Shown here: in pieces, positions 50,630 through 60,485 of the stretch
Position numbering within the stretch: position 1 is the stretch's first letter
Layout: every line of letters starts with the position of its first letter
From: Paludibacteraceae bacterium
GTDB taxonomy: Bacteria; Bacteroidota; Bacteroidia; Bacteroidales; Paludibacteraceae
Reading direction: 5' to 3'
DNA: 64,000 nucleotides
Assembly: GCA_045614865.1 (NCBI GenBank)
Contig: JAZLDS010000002.1
Coordinates: forward strand, 4,252-68,251
Notes under the pieces: generated by a model
What the model was told of the DNA's origin: nothing
Database searches by the model: none
The model's input: only the letters and a program-made list of their open reading frames with translations
Program-made: the position numbers and the translations under genes

Positions 50630-51837
50630 CAACAATCATTTTAAAACCACATAAAGAAGAGTCGCTGTTGCGAATGCACCCTTGGGTATTTTCAGGGGCT
50701 ATCAAGAGTGTTCAGCTAGATGCCGATTATCCACATGCGGAGCCAAAAGAGGGCGAAATAGTGCAGGTGGTTGATTGCAAAGGGAATGTATTGGGTGTGG
50801 GCCATTATCAGATAGGCTCAATAGCTGTACGTATTTTGTGCTTTGGAGTGGCGAATCTACCCGAAGGATTTTGGCAGGAGCGAATAGCTGTGGCATACAA
50901 GGTACGTCAAGATTTGGGATTGATTACGGCAGAAAATAATACATTCCGTCTCATACATGGCGAGGGAGACTTTTTGCCGGGGTTGATTGTGGATATTTAT
51001 GCGGATACAGCGGTGATTCAAGCCCATTCCATCGGTATGCACTGCCATCGTGAAGAGATTGCAGAGGCTATTGTGAAGGTGGTGGATCAGGTAGATAAGG
51101 TGTATTATAAATCAGATGACACTTTGCCTCATAAGGCAGTAGTGGAAGGTGCACGTGTGGGATACCTGATTGGTGAAGAAAAAGCCGATTTCAACGGAGA
51201 TTTTTGGGCAAAAGAGAATGGATTGGACTTCAGAATTGATTGGTTGAAGGGACAAAAGACAGGCTTTTTTATTGATCAACGAGAGAATCGAGCATTATTG
51301 GAGAAGTACGCCAAAGGCAAAGAGGTGCTGAATATGTTCTGCTATACGGGTGGATTTTCGGTCTATGCTTTGCGTGGCGGAGCTAAATTGGTACACTCGG
51401 TAGATGTCAGTCAGAAAGCAATAGACCTCGTTAAGAGCAATGTGGCACATAACTTTGGAGATACGGCACCCCATGAAGCCTATGCGGAAGAAGCGTTTGA
51501 GTTCATGGCTAAGAATCAAAATAAATATGATTTGATCGTACTCGATCCCCCTGCTTTTGCAAAACATCGTGATGCAGTTAAGAATGCGTTGAGGGGGTAT
51601 CAGCGCTTGAATGCTAAGGGTATTCAGAGTATTCGTCCTGGAGGTATATTATTTACTTTCTCTTGCTCGCAAGCTATTGATAAAGATATGTTTAGGTTAG
51701 CTGTTTTCTCTGCTGCCGCACAAGTGGGGAGAAAAGTGAGAATATTGCACCAATTACATCAGCCTGCCGACCACCCAATCAATATCTACCACCCAGAAGG
51801 AGAGTATTTGAAGGGATTGGTATTGCAGATAGAATAA
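50626..51837 (+). CDS. rlmI: SAM-dependent 23S rRNA (cytosine-C5) methyltransferase RlmI-like
   Basis: PUA-like N-terminus HPWVFSGAI, and VLNMFCYTGGFSV..DLIVLDPPAF methyltransferase motifs. ATGA overlap with the upstream gene. Confidence 0.8.
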   Translation: MTTIILKPHKEESLLRMHPWVFSGAIKSVQLDADYPHAEPKEGEIVQVVDCKGNVLGVGHYQIGSIAVRILCFGVANLPEGFWQERIAVAYKVRQDLGLITAENNTFRLIHGEGDFLPGLIVDIYADTAVIQAHSIGMHCHREEIAEAIVKVVDQVDKVYYKSDDTLPHKAVVEGARVGYLIGEEKADFNGDFWAKENGLDFRIDWLKGQKTGFFIDQRENRALLEKYAKGKEVLNMFCYTGGFSVYALRGGAKLVHSVDVSQKAIDLVKSNVAHNFGDTAPHEAYAEEAFEFMAKNQNKYDLIVLDPPAFAKHRDAVKNALRGYQRLNAKGIQSIRPGGILFTFSCSQAIDKDMFRLAVFSAAAQVGRKVRILHQLHQPADHPINIYHPEGEYLKGLVLQIE

Positions 51838-51857
51838 TACTAAACCGCTTTAACATA

Positions 51858-54128
51858 ATGAGTTATCTAAATGAATTAAATGAAGCACAGCGTGCTGCCG
51901 TGGAGTATAATGACGGACCGCATCTGGTAATAGCAGGTGCAGGCTCGGGTAAGACGCGCGTTCTTACTTATAAGATAGCATATCTCTTGGAGCACGGTAT
52001 TCATGCTGGCAATATCTTGGCGCTGACCTTTACCAATAAAGCTGCTCGAGAGATGAAAAGTCGCATTGCTAATTTGGTAGGAGATCAAGTGGCGAGATAT
52101 CTTTGGATGGGTACTTTTCACTCTATTTGTACACGTATCTTGCGTCAAGAGGCAGAGTCAATAGGTTATACTAGAGATTTTACTATTTACGATACAACCG
52201 ACTCTAAATCAGTGATTAAGCATATTGTGAAGGATATGCAATTGGATGAGAAAGTGTACAAACCCAATGTGGTTTTATCACGTATATCGTTGGCTAAAAA
52301 TCAGCTGTTATCACCTACATCATATAGTGCGAATCGCGATTATACGATGCAGGATAGGTTTGCTCGAATCCCTGACGTGTCCCGCATATACTCAGAGTAC
52401 AATCGCAGATTGAAAGCTTGCAATGCGATGGATTTTGACGATCTGTTATTTTTGACCAACACATTATTCAAAAAGAATGAGGAGGCCTTGCGCAAATATC
52501 AAGAGTATTTTCGCTATATCCTGGTAGATGAGTATCAAGATACGAATTATTCGCAATACCTGATTGTCAAGCGTTTGGCAGAGCCGGAGAATCGGATTTG
52601 TGTCGTGGGAGATGATGCACAATCCATCTATTCTTTCCGTGGTGCGAACATTGAGAATATTTTGACTTTCCAAAAAGGATATGCAGATGCCAAATTATTT
52701 AAGCTAGAACGGAATTATCGTTCTACACAGACCATTGTTAATGCGGCAAATTCCTTGATTCGCCATAACCGTGGACAGATCCCCAAGGCGGTATATTCGG
52801 AGTTGGCTCTCGGCGAGCGACTGCAATTGAGCACCTACATGTCGGATCGCGATGAAGGTAAGGCGGTTGCACAACAGGTAAAACTGCTCTATCGTCAAGG
52901 GTTTGATTATGAGTCAATTGCGGTAATGTACCGCACGAATGCACAGTCGCGTGTAATAGAAGATGAGTTGCGCCATTTGGGTATCCCTTATCGCATTTAT
53001 GGAGGTATGAGCTTCTACCAACGCAAGGAGATCAAAGATGCGATTGCGTATTTCCGTTTGGCACTTAACCCACATGATAATGAGGCATTTGCACGTGTGA
53101 TTAATTATCCATTGCGAGGAATAGGCGATACAACCGTGATGAAGGTGCGCGAGGCAAGTCGTATGTCGGGCTGCTCGATGATGGAGGTAATTATGAATCC
53201 TGAAGCGGCCAAGTTGGAGGTTTCGGCTGCTACGATGAAGAAGCTAACTGCTTTTGCTGAAATGATGCACGGCTATACGGAGCGTGTCGCAACCACAGAT
53301 GCATATGAGTTTGCGACGATGATGATGCGTGATACGGGTGTCATGCGTGAAGCTAAAGCGGACACTTCGCAGGAGGGTATCGCGCGTCTAGAAAACTTGG
53401 AGGAGATGTTAGCGGGTATTCATGAGTTTGTCGATCAGCAACTGCGTGATGGAAAGACTTTTGCCCCGATGGCAGAATTCTTGTCCGAAGTGAGTCTGCT
53501 GACAGATCAGGATGAGAATCAAGAGGATAACCAAGCTCGTGTTACTCTCTTGACCGTACATGCAGCGAAGGGGTTGGAGTTTAAGGTGACGTTTATTGTG
53601 GGATTAGAAGAAAACTTGTTCCCATCGCAGTTCTGCCAAGCTCCTAGAGAGATTGAAGAGGAGCGTCGATTGCTGTATGTGGCGATTACTCGTTCGATGG
53701 AACGTTGCTATTTGACCAATGCACGTCAGCGCTTCCGAAATGGACAGACCGTCTTCTCTTCGCCATCAAGATTCTTGAAGGATATTGATACATGCTATGT
53801 GCAGCAGACACAAGCCATGTCTGTATTCACTACACCACCGGTTAAAATTCAAACGAGAACAACGAGCATGTCGTCTAGCACTTCGACGCTTACTTCCAAC
53901 TCGAAATTGAAGAGTGTGTCGAAGCAAGTGGGGTCCTCCACCTCTAAAACGCGCAAGGAAGTACGGTCTGAATGGAAGAAAAACGATCGCGTTGTACACA
54001 AGGTGTTTGGAGCAGGTGTGGTGTTGGATGTTTATCACGAAAACGAAAACGATAAGATTGATATTCAGTTTGATAACGTGGGTAAGAAAACCTTACTCTT
54101 GACGTATGCCAAACTGACACATGAATAA
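51858..54128 (+). CDS. UvrD/PcrA/Rep-family ATP-dependent DNA helicase
   Basis: AGAGSGKT, LVDEYQDTN, VGDDAQSIYSFRGA, YRS, TVHAAKGLEF, LLYVAITR. Confidence 0.9.
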   Translation: MSYLNELNEAQRAAVEYNDGPHLVIAGAGSGKTRVLTYKIAYLLEHGIHAGNILALTFTNKAAREMKSRIANLVGDQVARYLWMGTFHSICTRILRQEAESIGYTRDFTIYDTTDSKSVIKHIVKDMQLDEKVYKPNVVLSRISLAKNQLLSPTSYSANRDYTMQDRFARIPDVSRIYSEYNRRLKACNAMDFDDLLFLTNTLFKKNEEALRKYQEYFRYILVDEYQDTNYSQYLIVKRLAEPENRICVVGDDAQSIYSFRGANIENILTFQKGYADAKLFKLERNYRSTQTIVNAANSLIRHNRGQIPKAVYSELALGERLQLSTYMSDRDEGKAVAQQVKLLYRQGFDYESIAVMYRTNAQSRVIEDELRHLGIPYRIYGGMSFYQRKEIKDAIAYFRLALNPHDNEAFARVINYPLRGIGDTTVMKVREASRMSGCSMMEVIMNPEAAKLEVSAATMKKLTAFAEMMHGYTERVATTDAYEFATMMMRDTGVMREAKADTSQEGIARLENLEEMLAGIHEFVDQQLRDGKTFAPMAEFLSEVSLLTDQDENQEDNQARVTLLTVHAAKGLEFKVTFIVGLEENLFPSQFCQAPREIEEERRLLYVAITRSMERCYLTNARQRFRNGQTVFSSPSRFLKDIDTCYVQQTQAMSVFTTPPVKIQTRTTSMSSSTSTLTSNSKLKSVSKQVGSSTSKTRKEVRSEWKKNDRVVHKVFGAGVVLDVYHENENDKIDIQFDNVGKKTLLLTYAKLTHE

Positions 54129-54155
54129 AAAATAATCGTCTAAATAGCTTAGATT

Positions 54156-56447
54156 ATGAACAAGATTGTAAGCAAGCGTTTCTATTCGGAGAACGTAGCG
54201 GAAATAGTGGTGGAAGCTCCATTGATCGCTCGTAGTAGGAAAGCGGGGCACTTTGTGATTGTGCGTGTGGATAAGAATGGCGAACGAATGCCGCTAACTA
54301 TTTCTGATGCGGATCTTGAGAAAGGAACAATCACGTTGGTCGTTCAGCGTATTGGAGTGTCGTCCAGTAAGTTGTGCGCATTGAATGATGGTGATTATGT
54401 GGCGGATTTGGTGGGTCCTTTGGGAAAAGCAACAGATATTCGCAATTTCGGTACAGTAGTATGTGCTTGTGGTGGTGTGGGGGCTGCGCCTATGTTGCCT
54501 ATTGCCCAAGCCTTGAAGAAAGCGGGTAATAAAGTGGTTACCGTGTTGGCTGCTCGCAACAAAGATTTGATTATCTTGCATGATCAGTTAGCAGCGGTGT
54601 CAGACGAAGTAATTGTGATGACCGATGATGGATCAATGGGGCAAAAAGGTCTTGTGACAGAGGGAGTTGAGCAGGTTATCAAGCGCGAGCAGGTTGATAA
54701 ATGTGTGACCATTGGACCTGCGATCATGATGAAATTCGTGGCATTGACCACAAAAAAATACAACATACCAACTGAGGCAAGTTTGAATACAATCATGGTG
54801 GATGGCACAGGAATGTGTGGCGCCTGCCGTGTCACAGTAGGAGGGAAAACGAAGTTCGTTTGTGTGGATGGTCCCGAGTTTGATGCGCATCAAGTCGATT
54901 TTGATGAGATGTTGTCGCGTTTACGTCAGTATAAGGCAGAGGAAACTAGAAGTTCTGAGATCCTCGGTTCTATAGAAAATGCTTCTGAACAAGCGCAAAG
55001 CACGCCTGAACAGCAGAACAGAGGCCAAGCATCTTCTAAACCTCTGGCTCCATTTGAAGGAAAAGCGAAGGATAGAGTAGCTATTCCGCGAGTGAAAATG
55101 AATGAGTTAGAGCCACAAGATCGTATTCAGTCTTTGGATGCAGAGGTTAATCAGGGACTAACTTTTGAGCAAGCTATTACCGAAGCACACCGTTGCTTGA
55201 ATTGTAAGAATCCAACCTGTGTGGAGGGATGTCCTGTGAATATCAATATCCCTGGTTTTATCAAGCAGTTGGAGCTTGGAAACGTGTTGGGTGCCGCCCA
55301 AATAATAAGCGAAAGTAGCACATTACCAGCTGTTTGCGGCCGTGTCTGCCCTCAAGAGAAACAGTGCGAATCCAAATGTATTCACCTGAAAATGGGCAAG
55401 GAAGCTGTGGCGATTGGCTACTTAGAGCGTTTTGTGGCGGATAATAATACGGCAGAAAACAAGAGTCAGGTATCTACAAATGGCAAGAGGATTGCTGTTG
55501 TAGGTAGTGGTCCTGCGGGATTGGCTTTTGCGGGAGATATGGCAAAATATGGCTATGAAGTGACTGTCTTTGAGGCTCTGCATGAGATTGGTGGCGTGCT
55601 GAAATATGGTATTCCAGAGTTCCGTCTGCCTAACAGAATTGTGGATAAAGAGATAAACGGTTTGCGCGCATTGGGAGTAACTTTCCAAACGGATACAATC
55701 ATTGGCAAAACGCTGAGTATGAAAGACTTGCAGGATATGGGATTCGAAGGCGTTTTCGTTGGAAGTGGTGCTGGTCTGCCTCGTTTTATGGGTATTCCTG
55801 GAGAGAACTTGAACGGTGTCATGTCTTGCAACGAGTACCTTACCCGGGTCAACTTGATGAATGCTGCTTCTGACAACTCCGATACACCAATATTGAAAGC
55901 CAAGAATGTAGTAGTTATTGGTGGTGGAAATACTGCAATGGATGCAGTTCGGACTGCCAAACGACTAGGAGCTGAGCGTGCAATTGTCGTTTATCGTCGT
56001 AGCGAGGAGGAGATGCCTGCACGTGTAGAGGAAGTGCGCCATGCCAAGGAAGAGGGTGTAGAGTTCATGACCTTGCATAACCCTATTGAGTATCACGCCG
56101 ACGAGAATGGACGCGTGAACGAGGCTGTATTGCAAGTAATGGAACTGGGCGAACCAGACGAATCTGGCAGACGTAGTCCTCTGGCTGTAGAGGGAAAAAC
56201 CGTGACGATAGCTGTGGACGAAGTGATTGTGAGTGTAGGAGTTAGCCCTAATCCGTTAATCCCATCTTCGGTTGAAGGTTTGGATGTTTCGAAGCGTGGA
56301 ACAATCGTAGTTAACGAGCAAATGCAATCTTCTATCCCAACCTTATTTGCTGGTGGTGATATTGTTCGTGGTGGTGCAACAGTAATCCTTGCGATGGCTG
56401 ATGGACGTAAAGCTGCCAAGGAAATGCATAGATATTTATCGGAGTAG
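54156..56447 (+). CDS. fusion of PyrK-like ferredoxin-NADP reductase module and NADPH-dependent glutamate synthase small-subunit (GltD/SudA-like) module
   Basis: N-terminal FAD/NAD-binding and 2Fe-2S CGACRV region. C-terminal CxxCxxPxCxxxCP ferredoxin motifs plus two GxGxxG dinucleotide folds (VVGSGPAG, VIGGGNTA). Confidence 0.85.
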   Translation: MNKIVSKRFYSENVAEIVVEAPLIARSRKAGHFVIVRVDKNGERMPLTISDADLEKGTITLVVQRIGVSSSKLCALNDGDYVADLVGPLGKATDIRNFGTVVCACGGVGAAPMLPIAQALKKAGNKVVTVLAARNKDLIILHDQLAAVSDEVIVMTDDGSMGQKGLVTEGVEQVIKREQVDKCVTIGPAIMMKFVALTTKKYNIPTEASLNTIMVDGTGMCGACRVTVGGKTKFVCVDGPEFDAHQVDFDEMLSRLRQYKAEETRSSEILGSIENASEQAQSTPEQQNRGQASSKPLAPFEGKAKDRVAIPRVKMNELEPQDRIQSLDAEVNQGLTFEQAITEAHRCLNCKNPTCVEGCPVNINIPGFIKQLELGNVLGAAQIISESSTLPAVCGRVCPQEKQCESKCIHLKMGKEAVAIGYLERFVADNNTAENKSQVSTNGKRIAVVGSGPAGLAFAGDMAKYGYEVTVFEALHEIGGVLKYGIPEFRLPNRIVDKEINGLRALGVTFQTDTIIGKTLSMKDLQDMGFEGVFVGSGAGLPRFMGIPGENLNGVMSCNEYLTRVNLMNAASDNSDTPILKAKNVVVIGGGNTAMDAVRTAKRLGAERAIVVYRRSEEEMPARVEEVRHAKEEGVEFMTLHNPIEYHADENGRVNEAVLQVMELGEPDESGRRSPLAVEGKTVTIAVDEVIVSVGVSPNPLIPSSVEGLDVSKRGTIVVNEQMQSSIPTLFAGGDIVRGGATVILAMADGRKAAKEMHRYLSE

Positions 56448-56885
56448 ATTCTTACAGCCTGCGACTACATCTCGATATGTGGCTTCAAAATCACCTGTGT
56501 ACCAGGGGTCTGCCACATCGCGATCTAGCAACTTGCCTATCTTTGGCTGAGCCAGAGAAGAGTCAGATTGCATGATTGCTTCGCCTAATACGCGGCGAAG
56601 ATTGCGAAGATTATACTCTTCCATACAGAGTATGAGGTCAAAATGCTGATAGTCCGATTGTGTAATTTGGCGGGCTGAATGTCTGGTAAATGGTACCCCG
56701 TGAGCACTTAGACAACGCTTGGCTGGAGGATAAATATCATTGCCAATCTCCTCGCGAGATGTTGCACACGAATCTATTTCCCAATCTTGTTCTACACCAA
56801 GTTCTGCTACCATATGTCGCATTACCATCTCTGCCATCACGCTGCGGCAGATATTTCCATGACAAACAAATAATACTTTCTTCAT
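56436..56885 (-). CDS. low-molecular-weight protein-tyrosine phosphatase
   Basis: VLFVCHGNICRS P-loop and DPWY. ATG 56885 (MKKVLF) is preferred. Confidence 0.85.
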   Translation of the reverse strand: MKKVLFVCHGNICRSVMAEMVMRHMVAELGVEQDWEIDSCATSREEIGNDIYPPAKRCLSAHGVPFTRHSARQITQSDYQHFDLILCMEEYNLRNLRRVLGEAIMQSDSSLAQPKIGKLLDRDVADPWYTGDFEATYRDVVAGCKNLLR

Positions 56886-56923
56886 ACCTCTAAACAATAG
56901 CGAAGCATTCGCTAAACGATCTT

Positions 56924-57298
56924 TTACTTAAATCCAAAGACAAAATAAACTGCTGCTACCAAACACAATGCAGCTACAATGTGGTTCCATTTGACGTGCA
57001 TGTGAAAGGCCAATACAGAGAATACCACAAACACAACCAATGTGATCACTTCTTGCAAAATCTTGAGTTGCATCAGCGAAAATGGGCCACCATTCCCCTC
57101 AAAACCAATACGATTTGCTGGCACTTGCAGACAATACTCAAAAAAGGCAATACACCAGGAAATAGCTACCACTCCGATCAAAGGAAGAGCCTTAAACCAT
57201 GAAAACTCAGCCATCTTGAGATGACCATACCATGCGAGCGTCATAAAGACATTAGACGCCACCAACAACAATATTGTATAAAAACTAGTCATATTCAA
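56924..57298 (-). CDS. DMT-superfamily small membrane protein (DUF486-like)
   Basis: 124-aa ORF with four hydrophobic helices; WYGHLK motif near the N-terminus. Confidence 0.6.
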   Translation of the reverse strand: MNMTSFYTILLLVASNVFMTLAWYGHLKMAEFSWFKALPLIGVVAISWCIAFFEYCLQVPANRIGFEGNGGPFSLMQLKILQEVITLVVFVVFSVLAFHMHVKWNHIVAALCLVAAVYFVFGFK

Positions 57299-57313
57299 TT
57301 TACCTACTAATTC

Positions 57314-57344
57314 TTAGTGATTACTTAGTGATTAGTTAGTTATT
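57314..57344. repeat. three TTAGTGATTA-like units at 11-bp spacing
   Basis: TTAGTGATTA 57314-23, TTAGTGATTA 57325-34 and TTAGTTATT 57336-44, between ttcA and the DMT gene. Confidence 0.9.
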
Positions 57345-57371
57345 CATATACCAATCAGTATCTCGAAATAG

Positions 57372-58151
57372 TTATTTCTTTATTTTTTTAGGCAGATAAA
57401 CATCTTTTATGTTCTCTAATGCACCCATAATGGACTCTCTCACATTAGGATTGAGAGCCTCCAGCTGCTGAAGCAACCCCTTCACGACAGCGCGATTACT
57501 CACCTTTTCTAATGGACAAAGCTTCGTTTGTTTCTGATAATCACTTAGTTCCGCATAACGTTGTATGTCTTTTTCTTCAATCAAACACAACGGACGAATC
57601 ATCTGAATAGGCATCTTCTCCATCTCTAGTAGCGGAGGAATAGTGCCTATACTACCTTGAAAAATAAGATTCATTAGCAATGTTTCCACCACATCATCCA
57701 TATGATGCCCTAGGGCTATCTTGTTACATCCAAGTTCTTGTGCCACATCAAACAGCACTTTTCGTCGATACCATGAGCATAGAAAACATGGATTCTTTTC
57801 CTTCTTGCTTTCACCTTTATCCGCTTCTTGCTCGCCAATTTCTGTATCGCGTACTATCAAAGGTACGCGCGCACGCATGCAAAACTCCTCCAGATAACTC
57901 AAATCTGAATGATAATCACGCTCCTTCACGCGAACATGTACCGCTGTCACTTTAAAACGAGGAACATGAATCTGAGCACGTTTGCCCAATAATTCAACCA
58001 ATGCCAGAGAATCTTTACCGCCACTTAGACCAATTAAAATATGATCGCCATCAGCAATCAGCCCGTAATCTGCACAGGCTTTATGAAAGCGTTTCGTCAG
58101 GCGAGATCGCAAACGGATAAGCTCTATTTCTGCTGCTGGTTTTTCTTGCAT
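57372..58151 (-). CDS. ttcA: TtcA-family tRNA 2-thiocytidine PP-loop ATPase
   Basis: PP-loop SGGKDS, CFLCSWYRR and LGHHMDD. Confidence 0.8.
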   Translation of the reverse strand: MQEKPAAEIELIRLRSRLTKRFHKACADYGLIADGDHILIGLSGGKDSLALVELLGKRAQIHVPRFKVTAVHVRVKERDYHSDLSYLEEFCMRARVPLIVRDTEIGEQEADKGESKKEKNPCFLCSWYRRKVLFDVAQELGCNKIALGHHMDDVVETLLMNLIFQGSIGTIPPLLEMEKMPIQMIRPLCLIEEKDIQRYAELSDYQKQTKLCPLEKVSNRAVVKGLLQQLEALNPNVRESIMGALENIKDVYLPKKIKK

Positions 58152-58169
58152 AAACTACGAAAAATCGCA

Positions 58170-58177
58170 CAAAGGTA
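58170..58177 (-). promoter_or_regulatory. -7 box TACCTTTG (ttcA)
   Basis: TAnnTTTG match about 19 nt upstream of ATG 58151. Confidence 0.6.
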
Positions 58178-58271
58178 GTGAAAAAATCGCAATTCCCACA
58201 CAAAAACACAGAAAAATGCACTTTTTTTGCATTTTTTTGTCGAATTATTTGGTCAGTTCAAAAAAAAGCAG

Positions 58272-58279
58272 TACCTTTG
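58272..58279 (+). promoter_or_regulatory. -7 box TACCTTTG (tRNA Gly-Leu-Leu cluster)
   Basis: TAnnTTTG match about 40 nt upstream of tRNA-Gly. Confidence 0.65.
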
Positions 58280-58318
58280 CACTCGCTTTCGGTTGAGAGC
58301 GATGTTCTTTAACATTTT

Positions 58319-58391
58319 GCGGCAGTAGCTCAGTTGGTAGAGCACAACCTTGCCAAGGTTGGGGTCGCGAGTTCGAGTCTCGTCTGCCGCT
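58319..58391 (+). tRNA. tRNA-Gly (GCC)
   Basis: Acceptor GCGGCAG/CTGCCGC, anticodon loop CTTGCCAAG context, T-arm GCGAG-TTCGAGT-CTCGT. Confidence 0.9.
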
Positions 58392-58403
58392 CTATAGGAA
58401 TGA

Positions 58404-58430
58404 GCAGGACATAGTTCCTGCTTTATTTTT
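58404..58430 (+). terminator. hairpin after tRNA-Gly
   Basis: Stem GCAGGA/TCCTGC followed by TTTATTTTT. It lies within the tRNA cluster, so it may be only partial. Confidence 0.45.
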
Positions 58431-58465
58431 CTCAAAACGGTCTGTGCAACAGCGCATTCCGACGA

Positions 58466-58547
58466 GCCCAAATGGCGGAATTGGTAGACGCGCTCGTTTC
58501 AGGTGCGCGTGTTGAGAGACGTGCAGGTTCGAGTCCTGTTTTGGGCA
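58466..58547 (+). tRNA. tRNA-Leu (CAG), class II
   Basis: Same architecture as E. coli tRNA-Leu(CAG): GCCCAAA-TG-GCGG-AATTGGTAGA-CGCG, anticodon loop TTCAGGT and a long variable arm. One mismatch in the anticodon stem. Confidence 0.8.
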
Positions 58548-58612
58548 CAACCTAAAAAAGTGATCATAAATACATTAGATAAACTAACGAGGACTTTCTG
58601 AGCCCGAGTTAA

Positions 58613-58696
58613 GCGCAGGTGGTGAAATTGGTATACACGCTACTTTGAGGGGGTAGTGGTCGCAAGACCGTGTGAGTTCGAGTCTCATCCTGCGCA
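58613..58696 (+). tRNA. tRNA-Leu (GAG), class II
   Basis: Acceptor GCGCAGG/CCTGCGC, anticodon arm CTACT-TTGAGGG-GGTAG, long variable arm TGGTCGCAAGACCGT. Confidence 0.85.
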
Positions 58697-58702
58697 CACA
58701 GA

Positions 58703-58733
58703 AAGAGTAATTCTTTGAATTACTCTTTTTTTT
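58703..58733 (+). terminator. terminator of the tRNA Gly-Leu-Leu cluster
   Basis: 11-bp stem AAGAGTAATTC/GAATTACTCTT followed by a T-run. Confidence 0.75.
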
Positions 58734-58768
58734 GTTTTATAACTATTGCATATTTCCAAAAAAAGCAG

Positions 58769-58776
58769 TAATTTTG
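58769..58776 (+). promoter_or_regulatory. -7 box TAATTTTG (marC-family gene)
   Basis: TAnnTTTG match about 36 nt upstream of ATG 58812. Confidence 0.6.
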
Positions 58777-58811
58777 CAGCATAATTGTTAAACTTCTTAT
58801 TTTGTGGATGT

Positions 58812-59405
58812 ATGAAAGAATTTTTTGGATCTTTTGAAATCTGGCAGGTCTTGTCATCTTTTATCTTTCTATTTGCTATCGTTGACCCTCTGGGAAATAT
58901 TCCTGTGACCCTCAACATGGAGAGAAAGGGTGTGAAAATATCACCATGGCAAGTATCCTTGGCCACAATCGTAATATTGATCACCTTCCTTTTTGCTGGA
59001 GAATGGGTACTCAAGCTATTTGGCGTGAAAATTGAGTATTTCGCGATTGCCGGTGGATTTGTGATTTTCTTGATGGCAATGGAAATGGTATTAGATGTTT
59101 CCATCTTCAAAAACGAAGGATTAGAGGGATCAGGTAGTATTGTACCATTAGCTTTCCCAATGTACGCTGGACCTGGTGCTTTTACGGCAGTTCTATCAAT
59201 TACTGCTGAGTACGATATCATTAACCTTGTGATAGCCATCACGCTTAATACCGTAGTGCTTTTTGCGATTCTTTCTGGTACAAAATGGCTCACAAAATAC
59301 ATCGGACAAACGACTCTGTATATCTTACGGAAGTTCTTTGGTATCATTGTGTTAGCTATCGCATGTAAGTTGATGTTTGCAAATCTTGCAATGGTATTTA
59401 GTTAA
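58812..59405 (+). CDS. MarC-family (UPF0056) membrane protein
   Basis: FAIVDPLGNIP motif and six hydrophobic segments. The TAATTTTG box at 58769-76 favours ATG 58812. Confidence 0.8.
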   Translation: MKEFFGSFEIWQVLSSFIFLFAIVDPLGNIPVTLNMERKGVKISPWQVSLATIVILITFLFAGEWVLKLFGVKIEYFAIAGGFVIFLMAMEMVLDVSIFKNEGLEGSGSIVPLAFPMYAGPGAFTAVLSITAEYDIINLVIAITLNTVVLFAILSGTKWLTKYIGQTTLYILRKFFGIIVLAIACKLMFANLAMVFS

Positions 59406-59414
59406 TTAAAAGTC

Positions 59415-60485
59415 ATGAAATTGAATAGTAAAATTGTTGGATTATTGCTGTTGGTAGCCTCTTTGGTGGCATGCCAGCATGCTCCTTCTTTTCAGGTTAA
59501 TGGCGTTATAGCGAATGCCGAAGGAAAAACGCTCTATTTGGAGCATACGGCATTGGTTAAAACGACTATAGTGGATTCATGTGTGTTGGGTGAAAAAGGT
59601 GATTTCGCACTCAATGCTCCAGCTCCAGAGTACCCTGATTTCTATCGTCTGAGAGTAGCGAATCTTTCTTTGCCTCTGGCAGTTGACTCCAATGAAACAA
59701 TATCTGTGTTCGCAACTTGTGATAGTTTGCCACTCACGTCATCTATCAACGGTAGCGAGCAGTCGCTCACCATGGCGCAATTGCGTGCTACGGCTCGTAA
59801 CGCTTCCAGAGAGAACTTGCGTGAAGCGGCTAAGAACGTTATTGTGGCTAATCCCAAATCTTTAGCTGCCTATTATGCACTCTTCCTCAAACTACAAGGA
59901 GAGAGTATATGGAATATCCTTGATCCTGCGGATCGACGTATGTATCAAGCAGTTGCAACTTCATTTAATACTTGGATGCCCAATTATGAACGTTCGAAAG
60001 CTCTCTACAACCAGGTCAGAGATGTCTTATCCGCTGAGCGTGCTGTTAAACAACAAGTGATCGTCAACCAAATGATCAGCGAAGCTGAAAATGCATTCTT
60101 GGATATTACACTCACGGATGATAACGGCAAGAGCCAATCTCTAGAGAACCTTAAAGGAAAAGTCGTTGTGTTAGACTTTTCTGCAATTGAAATGGAGCAG
60201 AGCAAAGGCTATATTTTTGAGCTACGTGACCTTTATAACGCATATAACAAACGTGGCATGGAGATCTATTCCGTATCCTTTGATCGCAATAAATTGCTCT
60301 GGGAAGATGGTGTGCTAAACCTCCCATGGATCAATGTATATGCTGGCGAGAAAGCCGGAGAAGTGCTCGTACGCTATAATGTGCAAACATTACCTACGCT
60401 CTTCTTGCTGGATCGTAAGGGCAACGTACAAGGTCGTTATTCTGATTTCAAAGCACTTGAAGCCGACATCAATAAATATCTGTGA
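59415..60485 (+). CDS. thioredoxin-fold (TlpA/AhpC-like, DUF4369 N-domain) lipoprotein lacking the CxxC motif
   Basis: Lipobox LVAC. The C-terminal thioredoxin-like block KGKVVVLDFSAIEMEQS..LPTLFLLDRKGNV has no cysteines where WCxPC is expected. Confidence 0.65.
   Translation: MKLNSKIVGLLLLVASLVACQHAPSFQVNGVIANAEGKTLYLEHTALVKTTIVDSCVLGEKGDFALNAPAPEYPDFYRLRVANLSLPLAVDSNETISVFATCDSLPLTSSINGSEQSLTMAQLRATARNASRENLREAAKNVIVANPKSLAAYYALFLKLQGESIWNILDPADRRMYQAVATSFNTWMPNYERSKALYNQVRDVLSAERAVKQQVIVNQMISEAENAFLDITLTDDNGKSQSLENLKGKVVVLDFSAIEMEQSKGYIFELRDLYNAYNKRGMEIYSVSFDRNKLLWEDGVLNLPWINVYAGEKAGEVLVRYNVQTLPTLFLLDRKGNVQGRYSDFKALEADINKYL

Noticed and set aside
58685-59347. 220-aa minus-strand ORF overlapping the MarC gene and the end of tRNA-Leu
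   Set aside because: It overlaps a tRNA and runs antisense to a good MarC-family ORF that has its own promoter box. It is most likely spurious.
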